64,000 nt of DNA from Dehalococcoidia bacterium. Lineage in GTDB: Bacteria > Chloroflexota > Dehalococcoidia > Lucifugimonadales > G963668185. Shown piece by piece: positions 23,192 through 30,438 of the stretch. Location: contig CBDFLT010000009.1 of assembly GCA_965249225.1 (NCBI GenBank), forward strand, positions 159,593 through 223,592, in the 5' to 3' direction. Position 1 is the first letter of the stretch. The number at the start of each line of letters is the position of its first letter. The notes beneath the pieces were generated by a model. That model was not told where the DNA came from. It worked only from the letters and a program-made list of their open reading frames with translations, and did no database searches. The position numbers and the translations under genes were made by a program.

Positions 23192-23794
23192 CTAGTTCAG
23201 GTCGATTACCGCGGTCAGCTCCGCCGGGGTCGTCCTGGTTATCAGCAGCGTCGCGCCCACGTTGGGCTTGAGCTGAATGGTGAACTCCTTGTTTGCATTT
23301 AGAGGTGTGGTCGAGGCCAGGGTGGACAGATTGACCAAGACCTCCACCGACTCACCGGGGTTCACCAGATCGCCACTCCCCGTCAGCCACGTAGGAGTCC
23401 ACTGGGTTATGTTGAGGACCTGGTCGGAGTCGATGTAGGTGACGATGGCCGAGTTGAGGCCTGAATTGGACAGGTTCACGGCCTCTCCGCTCTTCGACGC
23501 GTTGGTCACCTGGAACTTGACGTCCTGTATCTGGGTGGCCGTGCTCGTGTCTCGTGTGGCGAGAATAGAACCTCGGATCACCAGCGTCGCGGCCGTCTCC
23601 TCCAGTCCGCCGATTATGGTCTCCTTGCTCTTCTCAGAGCTAAGCAGCCCCGTGCTCAGCACCGCGAAGGCGAACACCGACGCCACCACCACGAACGCTA
23701 TGAGGACGATAGCCGTCTCAAGCCCCGTGATCCCCCGTTGATCTTGTCTCAGATTGAGGCTTGGTCTCGTTACGCCCTTTACTAACCTTTTCAT
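23192..23794 (-). CDS. Archaellin-type protein, paralog 3
   Basis: ATG at 23794 is preceded by GAGGAAGG (an alternative ATG is at 23809). N-terminus ...QDQRGITGLETAIVLIAFVVVASVFAFAVLSTGLL, near identical to paralog 2 at the DNA level. Confidence 0.8.
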   Translation of the reverse strand: MKRLVKGVTRPSLNLRQDQRGITGLETAIVLIAFVVVASVFAFAVLSTGLLSSEKSKETIIGGLEETAATLVIRGSILATRDTSTATQIQDVKFQVTNASKSGEAVNLSNSGLNSAIVTYIDSDQVLNITQWTPTWLTGSGDLVNPGESVEVLVNLSTLASTTPLNANKEFTIQLKPNVGATLLITRTTPAELTAVIDLN

Positions 23795-23821
23795 TTGATC
23801 CTTCCTCATAAGGGGTTTGCC

Positions 23822-24415
23822 CTATTGCAGGTCCATCACCTGAGTCAACTCGGCCGGAGTCTTCCGGCTCACCACCACCACGGCCCCTACCGTGGGCTTC
23901 AGCTGTACTGTGAACTCTTTGCCAGCTCCCAACTTGGTAGCCAGCCCTGAAACGTCCACATCGATCTCGACCGTCTCCCCAGGGTTTACCAGAGGACCGC
24001 TTCCCGCTAGCCAAGTCGCCGCCCACGAGCTCGAGTTGACAGACTGGTCATCGTCAATATAGGTGAGAATGGCGGCGTCGAGGCCGGAGGCCGACAGATT
24101 TACGCTCTCACCGCTTCGGGAGGCGTTGGCCACCTGAAACTGGATGTTGGTGACGCTGAACGGAGTGCTGGTGGATGTGGCGACGACCGATCCCTTCAGC
24201 ACCAGGGTGGCGGATGTCTCCTCGAGAGCGCCGATTATGGTCTGTTTGCTTTTCTCGGAGCTAACGAGCCCAGTGCTCAAAATTGCAAAGGCGAACACCG
24301 ACGCCACCACCACGAACGCGATAAGGACGATAGCGGTCTCGAGACCTGTGATTCCCCGCTGGTCATCCCAGGTAGGCCTAGCGATCCCGCCCGGCCCACT
24401 CACTACGTGGCCCAA
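23822..24415 (-). CDS. Archaellin-type protein, paralog 4
   Basis: TTG start at 24415 is preceded by GAGGGGG. N-terminus ...DDQRGITGLETAIVLIAFVVVASVFAFAILSTGLVSSEKSKQTIIGALEE. Confidence 0.75.
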   Translation of the reverse strand: MGHVVSGPGGIARPTWDDQRGITGLETAIVLIAFVVVASVFAFAILSTGLVSSEKSKQTIIGALEETSATLVLKGSVVATSTSTPFSVTNIQFQVANASRSGESVNLSASGLDAAILTYIDDDQSVNSSSWAATWLAGSGPLVNPGETVEIDVDVSGLATKLGAGKEFTVQLKPTVGAVVVVSRKTPAELTQVMDLQ

Positions 24416-24576
24416 ATTACCCCCTCTTTCACGCGTCTGCTGGAAACCGGCGTTTCCGATCTCGACTGAAGGCTAGGTACTAACCTGGATTCCATATTAG
24501 CGGCTTCCACACACCGGGTACAGAGTGTTTGCCCACATGTTTTGTTGGGGGGTAGCGGAGTGAATCAGGGACTTCC

Positions 24577-24595
24577 CCCCACAGGCCCTGTGGGG
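24577..24595. promoter_or_regulatory. Perfect 9-bp inverted repeat with 1-nt spacer (CCCCACAGG-C-CCTGTGGGG) in the divergent archaellin / response-regulator intergenic region
   Basis: Read directly from the sequence. It could be an operator or a leader hairpin; the function is unknown. Confidence 0.3.
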
Positions 24596-24705
24596 TTCCA
24601 CTGTCGGGCCATGGGTGCTAGCACCTATTCGGTACGTGCCGGCATTGAAGAGCCGCGCACCCGATTGGGGCCGGTGGCACCCGGTGTACTGGGGCAAAGC
24701 CTGGC

Positions 24706-24735
24706 TTGCGGCGACGGCGACTACGCTCGTATAAT
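24706..24735 (+). promoter_or_regulatory. Candidate sigma-70 promoter for the response-regulator gene
   Basis: TTGCGG, an 18-nt spacer, then TATAAT. A GAGGAAG RBS lies 8 nt before ATG 24774. Confidence 0.35.
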
Positions 24736-24773
24736 GGCCTCTCGTAATAGACCCGTTTGAGGAAGCTCCCGCA

Positions 24774-25376
24774 ATGCCACCCGCGGATGCTCAGGGAAAA
24801 GTCAAAGTTCTCCTAGTCGAGGATGAGGACCTTTACAGGGACCTCCTTGGCGCGGCCCTGTCTCAGCAAGATCGCTTCGAAGTGATCGGCGCGTTCTCCG
24901 ACGGGAAAGAGGCCCTGGAGGCTGCCGCAACTCTGAAGCCAGACGTCGCGATCCTTGATATCGAGTTGGGAAGCGGTATGAACGGGATTCAAGTGGGGTT
25001 ACTGCTACGCAGGGAGCTGCCCGACATGGGAATCATCCTGCTCTCCAACCACGGAGACCCGCAATTCGTGTCCTCACTTCCCAAGGAAGCGATCACCGGC
25101 TGGTCCTACCTTCTGAAGAAAACCGTCTCTGACATCTCCGCGCTTGGGCGGGCGATAGAAGGCGCCGTATCCGGCTTCGTGGTGCTCGACCCTCAGATCG
25201 TGGAGGCGGCCCAGCCCAAGTCGGGAGGTCTGCTATCTAAGCTCACGCCCCGCCAGTTCGAGGTAGGGCGTGACGATGGATCGGTACAGCCCAGAGTGAA
25301 GGCGGTGCTTACGTTTCTCCGTGAAAGCCAGGCCCTGGGGGGCGGATTCACCACCCCGGAGACGGGCACCGAATAG
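24774..25376 (+). CDS. NarL/FixJ-type response regulator with incomplete LuxR-type HTH
   Basis: REC domain (VLLVEDEDL, DVAILDIELG, the K in SYLLKK). The output domain starts LTPRQFEV but lacks the expected L.L.A.G.SNKEIA helices. Confidence 0.7.
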   Translation: MPPADAQGKVKVLLVEDEDLYRDLLGAALSQQDRFEVIGAFSDGKEALEAAATLKPDVAILDIELGSGMNGIQVGLLLRRELPDMGIILLSNHGDPQFVSSLPKEAITGWSYLLKKTVSDISALGRAIEGAVSGFVVLDPQIVEAAQPKSGGLLSKLTPRQFEVGRDDGSVQPRVKAVLTFLRESQALGGGFTTPETGTE

Positions 25377-25478
25377 TACCATAGACACGTCACCTCCACC
25401 GGGGAATTTCTATGAAGAGGATCACGTGTGTCGACTCGGGGTCTTTGGCATCGGCGTCCACAAAAAGAGGAAGGCGCG

Positions 25479-25841
25479 ATGAACCGTAAGATCATGCTTG
25501 TGGACGATGAGCCTGATTTCGTTGAGTTGGCGAAGGACCTCCTGCAACACGAACCCGACCTCACGGTCGTGGGTCACGCGGCAAGTGGCAAGGAGGCGCT
25601 CGCACTCCTCCCAACGTTGAAGCCAGAGGTCGTAATCCTGGATGTCAACATGCCGGAGATGGGTGGGTTCGAGGTAGCGGGGCGGTTGTTGAACGTCAGT
25701 CCTTCGACGAAGGTGATATTAGTAAGCACCATCGACGATCCCCAATACGACTCCATGGCGCAGTCGGTCGGGGCAGCGGCGTTCCTGACAAAGAAGAGGT
25801 TCTCGGCTGAGGCGGTACTAGCTGCCCTTAACCAGACCTAG
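25479..25841 (+). CDS. Single-domain CheY-like response regulator
   Basis: MNRKIMLVDDEPDF, VVILDVNMPEMGG and FLTKK. ATG at 25479 is preceded by AAGAGGAAGG. Confidence 0.8.
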   Translation: MNRKIMLVDDEPDFVELAKDLLQHEPDLTVVGHAASGKEALALLPTLKPEVVILDVNMPEMGGFEVAGRLLNVSPSTKVILVSTIDDPQYDSMAQSVGAAAFLTKKRFSAEAVLAALNQT

Positions 25842-25892
25842 CCCAGACCACCCGCCGCGCCCGGTCTGGCCGCCCCCGTCGCAACACCGCTA

Positions 25893-27056
25893 TCACACCG
25901 CCGTGCGATTGTTGTCCCCGGCAACCGCCGGGACTGTCGCATTAGGCTCTAGGTTTCTAAGGGGCAGACGGACGCTGAGCCGTGTCCCTGCCGGGGGACC
26001 TAATGTGCTCTGGATGTCCCAGGTGCCTCCCGTCACGCCAACACGGTCCTCGATAGCGTTCAGGCCGAATCCCAGCTCCATCTGGGATGTGTCGAAGCCG
26101 CGGCCGTCGTCCTTGATCGACATCTCGAGGATCCGGCCCTCGTCAACTCCAAGGCTGACCTCCACCGAACTGGCCTTGGCGTGTCGGCGCACGTTGTTCA
26201 AACCCTCCTCAAGAATCCTGTATGCCACGAGGCGCACTTCCTCGGGTATCCGGTTCTCTACAGGGTCATCCAGCTTCACCAACTCCGGGCTGGATTGCAA
26301 TGAGACACTCAGGTCTTCTTTCATCTGAGCAAGGAGGCTACGCACGGCGGGCAGTAAGCCGATGCGGATTATGGAGGGATGTAAGAGGTGGCTGGCCTGT
26401 CTGACCTCCCGCTCCCGAATTTGCTCCACCTCATCCCTGATCCGCACAAGGAGTTTTTTCGCTTCCGCGGGGTCCGAGTCCAACATCGCCTCACATTCAC
26501 CCAGGCGGTGCCAGGCGAGGAGTAGGCTCGTCTGGACTCTACCGTGGAGCATCTCGGCGATCTCCTTGCGAACCGAATCCTCCGCGGTGGTGATCCGCTC
26601 TCTCGATCGCCTCAAGTCATCTTCGGCACGCACGCGGGTGGTCACCTCGAGGCTCAGTTGACGGTTGGCCTCCCGTAGCTCTTCGACCCTTCGCTCGACC
26701 CGGTTCTCCAGCTCCAGGTTAGCGAACTCCAACTCGTCGCGCTGCTTTGAGATCGTTCGCCACCCTCTCCACACGATAAATACCAGGCCGCCATACGTGA
26801 TGATGAAGCCACCGCCCAACGTTCCGTACGTCACCGACCTGAGGTTGCGCAGGTCACGGCTGATTTCTGAGATAGACTGCCGATTAGCCACTTGTCCAGC
26901 CCCAGTAGGAGCGCCAAACGTCTGCTGTTCCAGGGTCTCGAGATCACTGTTGAGTCCCACGGTAATGACCACTGAAATGACCACACCGAGCACCACCATG
27001 ATCACGCCGCCGAGGACGCAAAATCGGACGAGTAGATTTTCGTTTCGATCGTTCAC
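25893..27056 (-). CDS. Membrane sensor histidine kinase (HisKA_3 + HATPase_c)
   Basis: Two N-terminal TM helices, a coiled coil, an H-box EMLHGRVQTSLLL, LHPSIIRIGLLPAVRSL, an N-box LEEGLNNVRRHA, G1 DDGRGF and G2 GFGLNAIEDRV. Confidence 0.8.
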   Translation of the reverse strand: MNDRNENLLVRFCVLGGVIMVVLGVVISVVITVGLNSDLETLEQQTFGAPTGAGQVANRQSISEISRDLRNLRSVTYGTLGGGFIITYGGLVFIVWRGWRTISKQRDELEFANLELENRVERRVEELREANRQLSLEVTTRVRAEDDLRRSRERITTAEDSVRKEIAEMLHGRVQTSLLLAWHRLGECEAMLDSDPAEAKKLLVRIRDEVEQIREREVRQASHLLHPSIIRIGLLPAVRSLLAQMKEDLSVSLQSSPELVKLDDPVENRIPEEVRLVAYRILEEGLNNVRRHAKASSVEVSLGVDEGRILEMSIKDDGRGFDTSQMELGFGLNAIEDRVGVTGGTWDIQSTLGPPAGTRLSVRLPLRNLEPNATVPAVAGDNNRTAV

Positions 27057-27445
27057 ATCTACAACCTAGCTTTTCACTGCGCGGGAGGTGCAGTTAGATG
27101 GCCCCGTTGGGGCTCCGCGTCGGTTCACGCGCTACCGGGGACTCCCCCTCATCAGAAAGGGCACCCCACAACGTTATGTAACGTAAAATATACACTTGGG
27201 GCAAGTCAAGGAACAGATCGGAGTCGTTTGCCTTGTTCCGGGTTTAGGCGTCCGGCACCCCACGCAGCAGACTCACGGTAGGTCACCCGACACATAATCC
27301 GTTCAGGACTGGCATCGGTAGCTCAGCGCCCGGAGAAGGCTTTCACCAGGATGCGAATCAGCAGCCGGTCCAGAGCTGGCGCCCACACTCAGAGGCCACA
27401 CTCCTGTAACAGAGGAGTTTCATAGGAGCCGACCGAAGTGAGCCT

Positions 27446-28021
27446 TCACGGGTTGGCGTTCAGCCACGCCTCGATGTTGCCAAAGTACTTCTGAAGCTCC
27501 TCCTCCAATCGGGGGCCGGGGTCTATATAGGTAAACCCTCCGTTCGTCCCCTTACCGGTGTTGGGGGCAAAGCCGTATTTGCCGACCAGGGACGCCATCT
27601 GCCGCTTCGCCTCCTGGAGGTCCAGGCAAGGTTCCGACTGCCCTGGTGCCACGGGGTCTCTGCCGCAATGAGTGATTATCAGGCCGTCGATGTTGGTCCG
27701 CACGATGGGTCGCTCCCCATCGTCGATACGGGTCTTATAATCGATTGGGGCCAGCGTGCCATCCTGGAGCTGCTGGAACAGCTGCTCAAGCCTGCCTTTG
27801 ACCGCCTTGAGATCGTCAAAGATGGCCTGGACGGTCGCAGGTTCGAGATCGGGGCGTTCCGATGGTGGTATGGGAATGGACGTGGCAACCACCACTCCCT
27901 TGTCGGGCTCATCGTGGGTCAGCGACGACGGCAAGGGAGCTTCGAGGGAGGAAGAGCAGCCGCCCCACGCTACCGCTAATACGATCAGTGCCAATATGGG
28001 GAGTAAGCGCATGTGTGACAC
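27446..28021 (-). CDS. Hypothetical lipoprotein
   Basis: Signal peptide with a lipobox (LAVAWGGCSS). No recognisable domain. Confidence 0.45.
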   Translation of the reverse strand: MSHMRLLPILALIVLAVAWGGCSSSLEAPLPSSLTHDEPDKGVVVATSIPIPPSERPDLEPATVQAIFDDLKAVKGRLEQLFQQLQDGTLAPIDYKTRIDDGERPIVRTNIDGLIITHCGRDPVAPGQSEPCLDLQEAKRQMASLVGKYGFAPNTGKGTNGGFTYIDPGPRLEEELQKYFGNIEAWLNANP

Positions 28022-28098
28022 CTAGTTTAATTTCACGTTATCTTATCATAGCTAAGGCCATGCCTGGCCTAGCAGGGTGCCACGGGAGGCCCCATGAG

Positions 28099-29085
28099 TC
28101 AGAAGACGGCTATGGGGTTGACGGGCGAGCCGGTGCCATACTGGACCGGCAGAGGAGCGACGGTCATCGAGAACTCCCATCGGTTACGCTCGGCGCATGC
28201 CTTGGACAGCTTACCTAGGTTGGCGTTGTCGATGAGCCACAGCCCCAAGATCGGGATTCCGATCTGATGGACCGGGAGCTCCGGATGATCGTAGCCGCTG
28301 GGCACCACGTCGTTGGCCGCGTCGGACCCAAGCATGGCTATGTCCCGCTCACGGAACCAGGGCACGCAGGCGGCGTGGGTCCCCGCAGTCGGCCCCTCCA
28401 GGTCCACCTGGCCCGTCTGGTGATAGCGCTCAAGATGTCCGTTACGTACGAACAGGACGTCCCCCGACTCCACTCTTACCCCCTGGGCCTTCTCCGCCGC
28501 CTCGAGCTCATCCGGGAAGATGGGCTCTCCAGGCTCCAGCCACGGGACACCTCGGAGCCTGGCTATGTCCAGCAGAACGCCCCTGGTCACCACACCCTCG
28601 GACAGCAGGTCAACCGCCCCCGCCCTCGCCCCCTCCTCCGCGCTGACCATCTTTGACGGAAACCCATTGTACATCTGGCCGTTCCAGAAGACGTGGCAGA
28701 GGGAGTCCAGGTGAGTGATGCTGAAGTCGTGATACTGAAAGCCGATGAAGTCCCCCGACATCTGCAGACCCTCGCTCACCTCCCCGGTTATGTACCCTTC
28801 CCCCGAATAGGTGACGTACCGAAGAACGTTGGACGTCGGGTCTCTGGGCGGGTCGGTGTGGATCGTCCAGGCGCAGGACACCGACACGCCCTCCTTGACC
28901 AAGGACGCGGCCTGTCTCCGCTTCTCCTCGGTTATAAGGTTAACGGTCCCCAGCTGGTCTTCGGCGCCCCAGCGCCCCCAATTGGACAGCGACTCGGCGT
29001 ATTTCAGCACCTCTTCTTTTGTGGGTACAGCGCCCTTAGACACGGTCTCCTCCCTTCTTTTCTTCATAACTGTGAACGTCAACAC
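28099..29085 (-). CDS. Cyclase-family protein (kynurenine formamidase-like fold)
   Basis: NWGRWGAEDQLGTVNLIT near the N-terminus and a HxGTHxD-like region, typical of putative cyclases (PF04199-like). Confidence 0.65.
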   Translation of the reverse strand: MLTFTVMKKRREETVSKGAVPTKEEVLKYAESLSNWGRWGAEDQLGTVNLITEEKRRQAASLVKEGVSVSCAWTIHTDPPRDPTSNVLRYVTYSGEGYITGEVSEGLQMSGDFIGFQYHDFSITHLDSLCHVFWNGQMYNGFPSKMVSAEEGARAGAVDLLSEGVVTRGVLLDIARLRGVPWLEPGEPIFPDELEAAEKAQGVRVESGDVLFVRNGHLERYHQTGQVDLEGPTAGTHAACVPWFRERDIAMLGSDAANDVVPSGYDHPELPVHQIGIPILGLWLIDNANLGKLSKACAERNRWEFSMTVAPLPVQYGTGSPVNPIAVF

Positions 29086-29214
29086 AGCCTAGCACACTGC
29101 GGTACCAGCCATGGATCAATGGCCACGGGAAGTGCGGCAAATGGACGTTGACTATAACATAGAGACCTGATTACATTCGTGTTTATCTGATTTGACGCCG
29201 GAAGGAGGCGGCCT

Positions 29215-30438
29215 ATGGCCGGGCAAACTAATGGTCACTCCGACGGTAGGCCTCCCGAGCTGATCGAGAATCATCGGCAAGGACGGATACTGGAGCGGTC
29301 ATTCTACACCGATCCGGCCGTGTTCGAGCTTGAGGCGGAGAAGATCTTCCACAAGTACTGGCTCTACGCCGGGCACGTCAGCCAGATACCGAATCCGGGC
29401 GACTACTTCCTCCGAAATGTCCTGGACGAGTCGTTGATAATCATCCGGGGCGACGACGGCCAGGTGCACGCCCTGTACAACGTCTGCCGTCATCGGGGTT
29501 CGCAGATCTGCTGGGAAGAAACCGGCCATATGGGCAACCTGGTATGTCCCTACCATGCCTGGGTCTACAAGCGGGACGGGTCGCTCAAGCACGCCCGGCT
29601 GTTTCCCGAGGACTTCGACAAGTCGCGGTTCGGGCTCCACCGTGCGCCTGTGGAGGTCCTGGAGGGGTTCATCTTCTTCAGCCTGTCGAACGAACCGGTC
29701 GACTTCGAACCCGTTTCGAGAGACCTCCGACCGCATCTGGAGTGGCATGACTTCGGTAGTGCCAAGGTGTGCCACACTGAGTACCTCGATCTCCATGCCA
29801 ACTGGAAGATCCTCAACGAGAACGCGCGCGAATGCTACCACTGCGGCCCGGCCCACCCCGACTTGTGCAGGGCCGTACCGTTCGCCGCGGCAACCGGCGC
29901 TCCGAAATACGTGCCGGAAGAAGAGCGACTTAACAAGCTCGCGGAGGCCCGATGGAGCGAGATTGGCCTACCCGCCCGAATGGTCGACCAGACGGTCGAG
30001 ACCTGGTACCAGGCTTTCCGCCTCCCCCTCTTCGAGAGTCACGTCAGCTTCACCCTGGATGGCCGAGCGGTGGCGCCCCTGATGGGATACTTCGAGCGAC
30101 CGGAGGACGCAGGGCAGCTGACCATGGGCATCCTTCCAACGTTTTGGTTTGAAGCCAGTTCAGACTACGCCGTGGTGATGTGCTTTACACCGGCGGAGCC
30201 GGCCCTGACGAAGCTTAAGATGGACTGGCTGGTCCGTGGAGATGCGGTCGAGGGCCGTGACTACCAGGTGGAGCAATTGACGGAGATGTGGCGAGTAATT
30301 AGCGGGCAGGACTGGCAGCTATGCGAAGGAGCCCAGGTAGGGATCAGCTCTCGCCACTACGCGCCCGGGCCCCTGGCAGGTGTCGAGTCGTGGCTTGATA
30401 CGCTGGTCCAGTGGTATCTAGGTCAGTTGAAGAGCTAG
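29215..30438 (+). CDS. Rieske [2Fe-2S] aromatic-ring-hydroxylating oxygenase alpha subunit-like protein
   Basis: Rieske motif CRHRGSQIC...CPYHAW, with a C-terminal catalytic SRPBCC-like domain containing ECYHCGPAH. Confidence 0.8.
   Translation: MAGQTNGHSDGRPPELIENHRQGRILERSFYTDPAVFELEAEKIFHKYWLYAGHVSQIPNPGDYFLRNVLDESLIIIRGDDGQVHALYNVCRHRGSQICWEETGHMGNLVCPYHAWVYKRDGSLKHARLFPEDFDKSRFGLHRAPVEVLEGFIFFSLSNEPVDFEPVSRDLRPHLEWHDFGSAKVCHTEYLDLHANWKILNENARECYHCGPAHPDLCRAVPFAAATGAPKYVPEEERLNKLAEARWSEIGLPARMVDQTVETWYQAFRLPLFESHVSFTLDGRAVAPLMGYFERPEDAGQLTMGILPTFWFEASSDYAVVMCFTPAEPALTKLKMDWLVRGDAVEGRDYQVEQLTEMWRVISGQDWQLCEGAQVGISSRHYAPGPLAGVESWLDTLVQWYLGQLKS

Noticed and set aside
21732-24415. Interpreting the four filament genes as bacterial type IVa pilins, Flp/Tad pilins or flagellins.
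   Set aside because: They lack the G-FTLIE N-terminus and the C-terminal disulfide region of type IVa pilins. They are far longer than Flp and have no FliC N/C-terminal coiled-coil motifs. The first ~60 mature residues align colinearly with archaeal archaellins instead.
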